Shown: one piece after another, positions 49,953 through 62,200 of the stretch
Position numbering within the stretch: the stretch's first letter is position 1
Layout: each line of letters opens with the position of its first letter
Source: Squalus acanthias
Lineage: Eukaryota
NCBI GenBank assembly: GCA_030390025.1
Contig: JASTWF010000036.1
Location: forward strand, 2,544,001-2,608,000
Length of the DNA stretch: 64,000 bases
Direction of reading: 5' to 3'
The notes under the pieces: generated by a model
Told to the model about the DNA's origin: nothing
Database searches by the model: none
Seen by the model: only the letters and a program-made list of their open reading frames with translations
Position numbers and translations under genes: made by a program

Positions 49953-51102
49953 AAACCTGGAATTCCATCAGCATTTTTTTTTAAACAGCCAAATCAATCT
50001 GAGGTGTTGCCTTTAACATCCTGTGCACCTGTAGCCCTAAATCTATCTGCTATTCCATTGTACTGAGTCTACTTCCATTCAGAGTATAATTACTGCTGTT
50101 ATTTTTTGTAACAAAATACATTGTCTCACACTTACTGACACTGAATTTCATCTGCCACTTTTTAGCCCATTCCCTCATCTTAACTTCCTTTGGTCTTCCA
50201 ATGAATTAACTATACTTCCTATTTTGTCCTGTACAAATTTTGGCACCACTCCCTCTGAGCCTATATCCAAATCACTGATATACACACAGTGAACAGAAGT
50301 GACCGCAGAACTGATTCCTGTGGGACACCACGACCCACTTCCAAATTAGCCTGAACTCCTACTCTCTGTTTCTCACTGCTCATCAATTTTTAAATCCAGT
50401 TTGCTATTCCCCCCCTAATCCATACCCCTTAATCGTCTTCGATAATCTCCTTTGTGGAACCTTGTCAAAGGCTTTCCTAAATTCCATGTACAGTCCATTC
50501 ACTGCATTTCCATCTACCATGTCTATTACCTTCTCAAAGAATTCTATGAGGTTTGTCAAGCACGACGCCCTTTTGAAATCCATGCTGGCTACTGCTAACT
50601 ATTTTCTCTTTATTTAGATACATGGTAATTTCATCCCTAATTAAAGGCTCTAAACTTTTCCCTACCACAGATGTTAAGCTAACTGGCCTGTAATTACCTG
50701 GGTTAGCTCTGTCTCCCTTTATAAAAATGGGTATTACATTGGCTATTCTCCAGTCCTTCGATACACATCCACTCTCAATACAGCCCTGAAATATCATTTC
50801 TGGGACCTCGGCAACTTCCTCCCTCATCTCCCACAGGATCCAAGATGTATCCTGTTGGGGCCTGGTGCTTTGTTTTCCTTCAGCCTAACTAAAATGTTCC
50901 TGTTATCCATCATAATATCGCTCATCTCCCTCTCAACCACTGCAGGATTCATCTCCCCTCAGTCATCCTTCTCTTTAGTAACGACCGATGCAAAGTACTT
51001 ATTACATACCTCCGCCATTTTCTGATCATCATCCAGAAATTGACAATCCTCTTCGCTCAGGGGTCCCACCTCACTTTCAACCATTCCCTTTTTGCTGATA
51101 TA

Positions 51103-51258
51103 CTGCTGTTTGTGGGAACTTGCTGTGCACAATTGGCTGCCGTGTTTCCTACATTACAACAGTGACTACACTTCAAAAGTACTTCATTGGCAGTAAAGCG
51201 CTTTGGGATGTCCTGAGGTCGTGAAAGGCGCTATAGGAATGCAAGTCTGTCTTTCTTT
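51103..51258 (+). mobile_element. DeuSINE/L2-type 3' tail fragment
   Basis: Reverse complement of the 20977-21135 tail segment. Confidence 0.8.
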
Positions 51259-51917
51259 AGACTTGTAAAATACTTTACTGTTCTTTTTGATGTTTTTTCA
51301 AATTTTTCCTCATTTTCCCTCTTAGCTTTCCTTATCCTGCTCTTAACCTTTGTTTATTTTCTCAGTCTCCTTTAGTTTTTTCATTCTAATTCTTGTATTC
51401 CTTATAGACCCTCTTCAATTTTAACTGATTTCTAACCTCTATTTATCCTTGGCAACCTGAAGCCACTAGTACTTTCCTTCTTTTTTAATAGAATATACTT
51501 GCTATACCTTTGTAATCTCTTTTTTTTAAATAAAACATCCCACTGTGCCCATTTCTCCTTCCACTTCACCTAGCTCACTCTCCATCTTTCTAAAATCTGC
51601 CCTATTTGAATCTGGTGTTCTGCCCATAAGAAACTGGGTTGCAACTGCCCAAACTTACTTCACACAGGACCTGTAAGAAAAGAAAGAGCCACTTTGGAGG
51701 AACTTCTTTCTGCAGGCAGTTGATTGAGCATGGGATGCTTTGCCACATGAGTAGATGAGGCAGAGGGCAGTGGAAGTTTTAGGGGAAGAGCAGATAACCA
51801 TTTGTAACAGAGGAATAAACAGGACTTGAGAGAGAGCAGAGCAGTAGGATTTCTTTTGGATTGCTCTAGAAAAGAGCTGGAACAGAAAAATGCATTGAAT
51901 GGCCTCCCTCTGTGCTA

Positions 51918-53195
51918 CATAATAACATAAGAAATAAGAGCAGGAGTCGGCCATTTGGCCCCTCAAGCCTGCTCCGCCATTCAATAAGATCACTGGCTGA
52001 TCTTCTACCTCAACTCCACTTTCCCGCCTGATCCCCATATCCCTTGATTCCCATAATATCCAAAAATCTATCGATCTCAGCCTTGAATATGCTCAACGAC
52101 TGAGCCTCCACAGCCCTCTGGGGCAGAGAATTCCAAAGATTCACCACCCTCTGAGTGAAGAAATTTCTCCTCATCTCAGTCCTAAATGGCCAACTCCTTA
52201 TCCTGAGACTGTGACCCCAAGTTTTAGACTCCCCAGCCAGGGGAAACAACCTCTCAGCATCTACCCTGTCAAGTCCTGTAAGAATTTTATATGTTTCAAT
52301 GAGATCACCTCTCATTCTTCTAAACTCCAGAGAGTATAGGCCTAGTCTACTCAATCTCTCCTCATAGGACAGCCCTCTCATCCCAGGAATCATTCTAGTG
52401 AACCTTCGTTACACTCCTTCTAGTGAACCTTCGTTACACCCCCTCTTAGAGAAGTACATCCTTCCTTAGGTAAGGAGACCAAAACTGTACACAATACTCC
52501 AGGTGTGGTCTCACCAGGGCCCAATATAATTGCAGCAAGACTTCCTTACTCTTATACTACGACCCCCTTGCAATAAAGGCTAACATACCAATTGCTTTCC
52601 TAATTGCTTGGTGTACCTGCATGTTAACTTTGTGATTTATGTGCAAGGACACCCAAATCCCTCTGAATCCCAACATTTACTAGTCTCGCACCTATTAAAA
52701 AATATTCCGCTTTTCCATTCTTCCTACCAAAGTGGATAATTTCACATTTCCTCATGTTATACTCCATCTGCCACCACTTAACCAGTCTATATCATTTGCA
52801 GCCTCTTTACTTCCTCCTCACAGCTTACTTTCCCACCTAGATTTGTATCATCAGCAAACGAACCCAAGAACTGATCCTTGCAGCACTTCACTAGTTACAC
52901 CATACCATCCTGAAAATGACCCGTTATTCCTATTCTCTGTTTTCTGCCCGTTAACCAATCCTCAAACCGTGCTGTTACATTACCCCAATATCCTCCCAAT
53001 ATCCCATGAGACCTAATCTTGTGCAATAACCTATTGTGTGGCACCTTATCAAATGCCTTCGGAAACACAAACATACTACATCCACTGGTTCCCCCTTATC
53101 TACCCTGCTCGTTACACCCTCAAAAAAATGTAATAGATTTGTCAAACATGATTTTCCTTTCATAAAACCTGTTGACTCTGCCTAATCATATTATA
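51918..53195 (-). mobile_element. CR1 LINE 3' portion with internal deletions and a 25-bp tandem duplication
   Basis: KGKSCLTNLLHFFEGVTSRVDKGEPVDVV; IPGMRGLSYEERLSRLGLYSLEFRRMRGDL...GYGDQAGKWS*. TTCTAGTGAACCTTCGTTACAC duplicated at ~52393-52440. Confidence 0.9.
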
Positions 53196-53234
53196 CTATA
53201 CATCCCTATTATTTTGTGTCATCTTACAGCGGTG

Positions 53235-56200
53235 GTGGAGGGGGAGGGGGGAAGAGAGGGAGGGGGAGGGCGGGGCCAGAGGGCGTGGGCGGGGCTAGAA
53301 GGCGAAGGCGAGGCCAGAAGGCGACGCTAGAAGGCGAGGGAGAGGGCAGAAGGCGAGGGAGAGGGCAGAAAGCAGAAGGCGAGGGAGAGGCCAGAAGGCG
53401 AAGACGGGGGAGAGGGAGAGGGAAGAAGGCGAGGGCAGAAGGAGGGGGCGAGGGCAGAAGGAGGGGCGAGGGCAGAAGGAGGGGGCGAGGGCAGAGGGCG
53501 AGGGCAGAACTCGAGGGCGAGGGCAGAGGGCAGAGGGCGAGGGCGAGGGCAGAAGGCGAGGGCAGAGGGCAGAAGGCGAGGGCGAGGGCAGAGGGCAGAG
53601 GGCGAGGCAGAGGGCGAGGGCAGAAGGCGAGGGCGAGGGCAGAAGGCGAGGGCGAGGGCAGAAGGCGAGGGCGAGGGCAGAAGGCGAGGGCAGAGGGCAG
53701 AGGGCGAGGGCAGAAGGCGAGGGCAGAAGGCGAGGGCGAGGGCAGAAGGCGAGGGCAGAAGGCGAGGGCAGAGGCGAGGGCAGAGGGCGGAGGGCGAGGG
53801 CGGAAGGCGAGGGCGGAAGGCGAGGGCGGAAGGCGAGGGCGAGGGCAGAAGGCGAGGGCGGAAGGCGAGGGCGAGGGCAGAAGGCGAGGGCGGAAGGCGA
53901 GGGCGAGGGCAGAAGGCGAGGGCGGAAGGCGAGGGCGAGGGCAGAAGGCGAGGGCGAGGACAGAAGGCGAGGGCGAGGACAGAAGGCGAGGGCGAGGGCG
54001 GAAGGAGAGGGCGAGGACAGAAGTCGAGGGCGAGGGCGAGGGCGGAAGGCGAGGGCGGAAGGCGAGGGCGGAAGGCGAGGGCGGAAGGCGAGGGCGGAAG
54101 GCGAGGGCGAGGGCAGGAGGCGAGGGCAGGAGGCGAGGGCAGGAGGCGAGGGCAGGAGGCGAGGGCGAGGGCAGGAGGAGAGGGCGAGGGCAGGAGGAGA
54201 GGGCGAGGGCAGGAGGAGAGGGCGAGGGCAGTAGGAGAGGGCGAGGGCAGAAGGAGAGGGCGAGGGCAGAAGGAGAGGGCGAGGGCAGAAGGAGAGGGCG
54301 AGGGCAGAAGGAGAGGGCGAGGGCAGAAGGAGAGGGCGAGGGCAGAAGGAGAGGGCGAGGGCAGAAGGAGAGGGCGAGGGCAGAAGGAGAGGGCGAGGGC
54401 AGGAGAGGGCGAGGGCAGGAGAGGGCGAGGGCAGAAGCAGAGGGCGAGGGCAGAAGGAGAGGGCAGAGGGCAGAAGGAGAGGGCAGAGGGCAGAAGGAGA
54501 GGGCAGAGGGCGAGGGGCGAGGGCCGAGGGCGAGGGGCGAGGGGCGAGGGCGAGGGGCGAGGGCGAGGGGCGAGGGCCGAGGGGCGAGGGGGAGGACAGA
54601 AGGCGAGGGCAGAAGGCGAGGGCAGAAGGCGAGGGCAGAAGGCGAGGGCAGAAGGCGAGGGCGAGGGCAGAAGGCGAGGGCAGAAGGCGAGGGCGAGCGG
54701 GGCAGAGGGCGAGGGCGAGCGGGGCAGAGGGCGAGGGCGAGGGCAGAAGGCGAGGGCAGAAGGCGAGGGCGAGGGCAGAAGGCGAGGGCGAGGGCAGAAG
54801 GCGAGGGCGAGGGCAGAAGGCGAGGGTAAAAGGCGAGGGCGAGGGCAGAAGGCGAGGGCGAGGGCAGAAGGCGAGGGCGAGGGCAGAAGGCGAGGGCGAG
54901 GGCAGAAGGCGAGGGTGAGGGCAGAAGGCGAGGGCGAGGGCAGAAGGCGAGGGCAGAAGGCGAGGGCGAGGGCAGAAGGCGAGGGCGAGGGCAGAAGGTG
55001 AGGGCAAAAGGCGAGGGCGAGGGCAGAAGGCGAGGGAGAGGGCAGAAGGCGAGGGCAGAAGGCGAGGGCAGAGGCAGAGGGCGAGGGAGAGGGAGAGGGC
55101 GAGGGAGAGGGCGAGGGCAGAAGGAGAGGGCGAGCGCAGAAGGAGAGGGCGAGCGCAGAAGGCGAGGGCGAGGGCAGAAGGCGAGGGCGAGGGCAGAAGG
55201 CGAGGGCGAGGGCAGAAGGCGAGGGCAGAAGGCGAGGGCGAGGGCAGAAGGCGAGGGCGAGGGCAGAAGGCGAGGGCAGAAGGCGAGGGCGAGGGCAGAA
55301 GGCAGGGCGAGGGCAGAAGGCGAGGGCGAGGGCAGAAGGCGAGGGCGAGGGCAGAAGGCGAGGGCAGAAGGCGAGGGCGAGGGCAGAAGGCGAGGGCGAG
55401 GGCGAGGGCAGAAGGCGAGGGCAAAAGGCGAGGGCGAGGGCAGAAGGCGAGGGAGAGGGCAGAAGGCGAGGGCAGAAGGCGAGGGCAGAGGCAGAGGGCG
55501 AGGGAGAGGGCGAGGGAGAGGGCGAGGGCAGAAGGAGAGGGCGAGCGCAGAAGGAGAGGGCGAGCGCAGAAGGAGAGGGCGAGCGCAGAAGGAGAGGGCG
55601 AGCGCAGAAGGAGAGGGCGAGCGCAGAAGGAGAGGGCGAGGGCAGAAGGAGAGGGCGAGGGCAGAAGGAGAGGGCGAGGGCAGAAGGAGAGGGCGAGGGC
55701 GGAGGGCGGAGGGCGAGGGCAGAACTCGAGGGAGAGGGCAGAGGGCGAAGGCGAGGGCAGAAGGCGAGGGCGAGGGCAGAAGGCGAGGGCAGAAAGCGAG
55801 GGCAGAAGGCGAGGGCAGAAGGCGAGGGCAGAAGGCGAGGGCAGAAGGCGAGGGCAGAAGGCGAGGGCAGAAGGCGAGGGCAGAAGGCGAGGGCGAGGGC
55901 AGAAGGCGAGGGCGAGGGCAGAAGGCGAGGGCGAGGGCAGAAGGCGAGGGCGAGGGCAGAAGGCGAGGGCGAGGGCAGAAGGCGAGGGCGAGGGCAGAAG
56001 GCGAGGGCGAGGGCAGAAGGCGAGGGCGAGGGCAGAAGGCGAGGGCAAGGGCGAGGGCAGAAGGCGAGGGCAGAATGAGAGGGCGAGGGCAGAAGGAGAG
56101 GGCGAGGGCAGAAGGAGAGGGCGAGGGCAGAAGGAGAGGGCGAGGGCAGAAGGAGAGGGCGAGGGCAGAAGGAGAGGGCGAGGGCAGAAGGAGAGGGCGA

Positions 56201-59200
56201 GGGCAGAAGGAGAGGGCGAGGGCAGAAGGAGAGGGCGAGGGCAGAAGGAGAGGGCGAGGGCAGAAGGAGAGGGCGAGGGCAGAAGGAGGGGGCGAGGGCA
56301 GAAGGCGAGGGCAGAAGGCGAGGGCAAGGGCGGAAGGCGAGGGCAGAAGGCGACGGAGAGGGCAGAAGGCGAGGGCAGAAGGCGAGGGCAGAGGGAGAGG
56401 GCAGAGGGAGAGGGCAGAGGGAGAGGGCAGAGGGAGAGGGCAGAGGGCAGAGGGCGAGGGCAGAGGGCGAGGGCGAGGGCAGAAGGAGAGGGCGAGGGCA
56501 GAAGGAGAGGGCGAGGGCAGAAGGAGAGGGCGAGGGCAGAAGGAGAGGGCGAGGGCAGAAGGAGAGGGCGAGGGCAGAAGGAGAGGGCGAGGGCAGAAGG
56601 AGAGGGCGAGGGCAGTAGGAGAGGGCGAGGGCAGAAGGAGAGGGCGAGGGCAGAAGGAGAGGGCGAGGGCAGAAGGAGAGGGCGAGGGCAGAAGGAGAGG
56701 GCGAGGGCAGAAGGATAGGGCGAGGGCAGAAGGAAAGGGCGAGGGCAGAAGGAGAGGGCAGAGGGCAGAAGGAGAGGGCAGAGGGCGAGGGGCGAGGGCC
56801 GAGGGCGAGGGGCGAGGGCAGGGGGCTGAGGGCGAGGACAGAAGGCGAGGGCAGAGGGCGAGGGCAAAGGGCGAGGGCAGAAGGCGAGGGCAGAAGGCGA
56901 GGGCAGAGGGCAGAAGGCGAGGGCAGAGGGCAGAGGGCGAGGGCAGAAGGCGAGGGCGAGGGCGAGGGCAGAAGGCGAGGGCGAGGGCAGAAGGCGAGGG
57001 CGAGGGCAGAAGGCGAGGGCGAGGGCAGAAGGCGAGGGCGAGGGCAGAAGGCGAGGGCGAGGGCAGAAGGCGAGGGCGAGGGCAGAAGGCGAGGGCGAGG
57101 GCAGAAGGCGAGGGCGAGGGCAGAAGGCGAGGGCGAGGGCAGAAGGCGAGGGCGAGGGCAGAAGGCGAGGGCGAGGGCAGAAGGCGAGGGCGAGGGCAGA
57201 AGGCGAGGGCAAAAGGCGAGGGCGCGGGCAGAAGGCGAGGGCGCGGGAAGAAGGCGAGGGCGAGGGCAGAAGGCGAGGGCAGAAGGCGAGGGCGAGGGCA
57301 GAAGGCGAGGGCGAGGGCAGAAGGCGAGGGCGAGGGCAGAAGGCGAGGGCGAGGGCAGAAGGCGAGGGCGAGGGCAGAAGGCGAGGGCGAGGGCAGAAGG
57401 CGAGGGCGAGGGCAGAAGGCGAGGGCGAGGGCAGAAGGCGAGGGCGAGGGCAGAAGGCGAGGGCAAAAGGCGAGGGCGAGGGCAGAAGGCGAGGGTGAGG
57501 GCAGAAGGCGAAGGAGAGGGCAGAAGGCGAGGGCAGAAGGCGAGGGCAGAAGGCGAGGGCAGAGGGCAGAGGGAGAGGGCGAGGGAGAGGGCGAGGGCGA
57601 GGGCAGAAGGAGAGGGCGAGGGCAGAAGGAGAGGGCGAGGGCAGAAGGAGAGGGCGAGGGCAGAAGGAGAGGGCGAGGGCAGAAGGAGAGGGCGAGGGCG
57701 AGGGCAGAAGGAGAGGGCGGAGGGCGAGGGCAGAACTCGAGGGAGAGGGCAGAGGGCGAAGGCGAGGGCGAGGGCAGAAGGCGAGGGCGAGGGCAGAAGG
57801 CGAGGGCGAGGGCAGAAGGCGAGGGCAGAAGGCGAGGGCAGAAGGCGAGGGCGAGGGCAGAAGGCGAGGGCGAGGGCAGAAGGCGAGGGCGAGGGCAGAA
57901 GGCGAGGGCGAGGGCAGTAGGCGAGGGCGAGGGCAGAAGGCGAGGGCGAGGGCAGAAGGCGAGGGCGAGGGCAGCAGGCGAGGGCAGAGGCAGAGGGCAG
58001 AAGGCGAGGGCGAGGGCAGAAGGCGAGGGCGAGGGCAGAAGGCGAGGGCGAGGGCAGAAGGAGAGGGCGAGGGCAGAAAGAGAGGGCGAGGGCAGAAGGA
58101 GAGGGCGAGGGCAGAAGGAGAGGGCGAGGGCAGAAGGAGAGGGCGAGGGCAGAAGGAGAGGGCGAGGGCAGAAGGCGAGGGCGAGGGCAGAAGGCGAGGG
58201 CGAGGGCAGAAGGCGAGGGCGAGGGCAGAAGGCGAGGGCAGAAGGCGAGGGCGAGGGCAGAAGGCGAGGGCGAGGGCAGAAGGCGAGGGCGAGGGCAGAA
58301 GGCGAGGGCGAGGGCAGAAGGCGAGGGCGAGGGCAGAAGGCGAGGGCGAGGGCAGAAGGCGAGGGCGAGGGCAGAAGGCGAGGGCGAGGGCAGAAGGCGA
58401 GGGCGAAGGCGAGGGCAGAAGGCGAGGGCGAGGGCAGAAGGCGAGGGCAGAAGGCGAGGGCGAGAGCAGAAGGCGAGGGCGAGGGCAGAAGGCGAGGGCA
58501 GAAGGCGAGGGCGAGGGCAGAAGGCGAGGGCAGAAGGCGAGGGCGAGGGCAGAAGGCGAGGGCGGAAGGCGAGGGCGAGGGCAGAAGGCGAGGGCAGAAG
58601 GCGAGGGCAGAAGGCGAGGGCAGAAGGCGAGGGCAGAAGGCGAGGGCGAGGGAGAGGCCAGAAGGCGAGGGCGAGGGCGAGGCCAGAAGGCGAGGGCAGA
58701 AGGCGAGGGCGAGGGCAGAAGACGAGGGCGAGGGCAGAAGGCAGAGGGCGAGGGCAGAAGGCAGAGGGCGAGGGCAGAAGGCAGAGGGCGAGGGCAGAAG
58801 GCAAGGGCAGAAGACGAGGGCGAGGGCAGAAGGCGAGGGCGAGGGCAAAAGGCGAGGGCGAGGGCAGAAGGCGAGGGCGAGGGCGGAAGGCGAGGGCGAG
58901 GGCGGAAGGCGAGGGCGAGGGCGGAAGGCGAGGGCGAGGGCGGAAGGCGAGGGCGAGGGGAGAAGGCGAGGGCAGAAGGCGAGGGCAAAAGGCGAGGGCG
59001 AGGGCAGAAGGCGAGGGCGAGGGCAGAAGGTGAGGGCAGAAGGCGAGGGCGAGGGCAGAAGGCGAGGGCGAGGGCAGAAGGCGAGGGCAGAAGGCGAGGG
59101 CGAGGGCAGAAGGCGAGGGCGAGGGCAGAAGGCGAGGGCAGAAGGCGAGGCAGAAGGCGAGGGCGAGGGCAGAAGGCGAAGGAGAGGGCAGAAGGCGAGG

Positions 59201-62200
59201 GCAGAAGGCGAGGGCAGAGGCAGAGGGCGAGGGAGAGGGCGAGGGAGAGGGCGAGGGCAGAAGGAGAGGGCGAGGGCAGAAGGACAGGGCGAGGGCAGAA
59301 GGAGAGGGCGAGGGCGAGGGCGGAGGGCGGAGGGCGAGGGCAGAACTCGAGGGAGAGGGCAGAGGGCGAAGGCGAGGGCGAGTCAGAAGGCGAGGGTGAG
59401 GGCAGAAGGCGAGGGCGAGGGCAGAAGGCGAGGGCGAGGGCAGAAGGCGAGGGCGAGGGCAGAAGGCGAGGGCAGAAGGCGAGGGCGAGGGCAGAGGGCG
59501 AGGGCAGAGGGCAGAAGGCGAGGGCGAGGGCAGTAGGCGAGGGCGAGGGCAGAAGGCGAGGGCGAGGGCAGAAGGCGAGGGCGAGGGCAGAAGGCGAGGG
59601 CAGAGGCAGAGGGCAGAGGGCGAGGGCAGAGGGCGAGGGCAGAAGGAGAGGGCGAGGGCAGAAGGCGAGGGCGAGGGCAGAAGGAGAGGGCGAGGGCAGA
59701 AGGAGAGGGCGACGGCAGAAGGCGAGGGCAGAAGGCGAGGGCGAGGGGAGAAGGCGAGGGCGAGGGGAGAAGGCGAGGGCGAGGGGAGAAGGCGAGGGCA
59801 AAAGGCGAGGGCGAGGGCAGAAGGCGAGGGCGAGGGCAGAAGGTGAGGGCAGAAGGCGAGGGCGAGGGCAGAAGGCGAGGGCGAGGGCAGAAGGCGAGGG
59901 CAGAAGGCGAGGGCGAGGGCAGAAGGCGAGGGCAGAAGGCGAAGGCAGAAGGCGAGGGCGAGGGCAGAAGGCGAAGGAGAGGGCAGAAGGCGAGGGCAGA
60001 AGGCGAGGGCAGAGGCAGAGGGCGAGGGCAGAAGGAGAGGGCGAGGGAGAGGGCGAGGGCAGAAGGAGAGGGCGAGGGCAGAAGGACTGGGCGAGGGCAG
60101 AAGGAGAGGGCGAGGGCGAGGGCGAGGGCGAGGGCGGAGGGCGAGGGCAGAACTCGAGGGAGAGGGCAGAGGGCGAAGGCGAGGGCGAGTCAGAAGGCGA
60201 GGCCGAGGGCAGAAGGCGAGGGCGAGGGCAGAAGGCGAGGGCGAGGGCAGTAGGCGAGTGCGAGGGCAGAAGGCGAGGGCGAGGGCAGAAGGCGAGGGCG
60301 AGGGCAGAAGGCGAGGGCGAGGGCAGAAGGCGAGGGCAGAGGGCGAGGGCAGAGGGCGAGGGCGAGGGCAGAAGGAGAGGGCGAGGGCAGAAGGAGAGGG
60401 CGAGGGCAGAAGGAGAGGGCGAGGGCAGAAGGAGAGGGCGAGGGCAGAAGGAGAGGGCGAGGGCAGAAGGAGAGGGCGAGGGCAGAAGGAGAGGGCGAGG
60501 GCAGAAGGAGAGGGCGAGGGCAGAAGGAGAGGGCGAGGGCAGAAGGAGAGGGCGAGGGCAGAAGGAGAGGGCGAGGGCAGAAGGAGAGGGCGAGGGCAGA
60601 AGGAGGGGGCGAGGGCAGAAGGAGGGGGCGTGGGCAGAAGGAGGGGGCAGAGGGCGGAGGGCGAGGGCAGAACTCGAGGGAGAGGGCAGAGGGCGAGGCC
60701 GAGGGCAGAGGGCGAAGCCGAGGGCAGAAGGCGAGGGCGAGGGCAGAAGACGAGGGCGAGGGCAGAAGGCGAGGGCGAGGGCAGAAGGCGAGGGCGAGGG
60801 CAGAAGGCGAGGGCGAGGGCAGAAGGCGAGGGCGGAAGGCGAGGGCGGAAGGCGAGGGCGAGGGCGGAAGGCGAGGGCAGAAGGCGAGGGCAAAAGGCGA
60901 GGGCGAGGGCAGAAGGCGAGGGCGAGGGCAGAAGGTGAGGGCAGAAGGCGAGGGCGAGGGCAGAAGGCGAGGGCAGAAGGCGAGGGCGAGGGCAGAAGGC
61001 GAGGGCGAGGGCAGAAGGCGAGGGCGAGGGCAGAAGGCGAGGGCGAGGGCAGAAGGCGAAGGCAGAAGGCGAGGGCGAGGGCAGAAGGCGAAGGAGAGGG
61101 CAGAAGGCGAGGGCAGAAGGCGAGGGCAGAGGCAGAGGGCGAGGGAGAGGGCGAGGGAGAGGGCGAGGGCAGAAGGAGAGGGCGAGGGCAGAAGGACAGG
61201 GCGAGGGCAGAAGGAGAGGGCGAGGGCGAGGGCGAGGGCGGAGGGCGGAGGGCGAGGGCAGAACTCGAGGGAGAGGGCAGAGGGCGAAGGCGAGTCAGAA
61301 GGCGAGGGTGAGGGCAGAAGGCGAGGGCGAGGGCAGAAGGCGAGGGCGAGGGCAGAAGGCGAGGGCGAGGGCAGAGGGCAGAGGGCGAGGGCAGAAGGCG
61401 AGGGCGAGGCAGAGGCGAGGGCAGAGGGCAGAAGGCGAGGGCGAGGGCAGTAGGCGAGGGCGAGGGCAGAAGGCGAGGGCGAGGGCAGAAGGCGAGGGCG
61501 AGGGCAGAAGGCGAGGGCAGAGGCAGAGGGCAGAGGGCGAGGGCAGAGGGCGAGGGCAGAAGGAGAGGGCGAGGGCAGAAGGCGAGGGCGAGGGCAGAAG
61601 GAGAGGGCGAGGGCAGAAGGAGAGGGCGAGGGCAGAAGGAGAGGGCGAGGGCAGAAGGCGAGGGCGAGGGCAGAAGGCGAGGGCGAGGGGAGAAGGCGAG
61701 GGCGAGGGGAGAAGGCGAGGGCAAAAGGCGAGGGCGAGGGCAGAAGGCGAGGGCGAGGGCAGAAGGTGAGGGCAGAAGGCGAGGGCGAGGGCAGAAGGCG
61801 AGGGCGAGGGCAGAAGGCGAGGGCAGAAGGCGAGGGCAGAAGGCGAGGGCAGAAGGCGAGGGCGAGGGCAGAAGGCGAGGGCAGACGGCGAAGGCAGAAG
61901 GCGAGGGCGAGGGCAGAAGGCGAAGGAGAGGGCAGAAGGCGAGGGCAGAAGGCGAGGGCAGAGGCAGAGGGCGAGGGCAGAAGGAGAGGGCGAGGGAGAG
62001 GTGGAGGGCAGAAGGAGAGGGCGAAGGCAGAAGGACAGGGCGAGGGCAGAAGGAGAGGGCGAGGGCGAGGGCGGAGGGCGGAGGGCGAGGGCAGAACTCG
62101 AGGGAGAGGGCAGAGGGCGAAGGCGAGGGCGAGTCAGAAGGCGAGGCCGAGGGCAGAAGGCGAGGGCGAGGGCAGAAGGCGAGGGCAGTAGGCGAGGGCG

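Larger units (their letters stand above)
48985..51625 (-). mobile_element. Old CR1 LINE with nested insertions
   Basis: DWRIANVIPIFIKGDRANPGNYRPVSLTSVVGK, SQHGFQKG, LYKTLIKPQLEYCAPHYRNDI. Interrupted at 49587-49952 and 51103-51258. Confidence 0.85.
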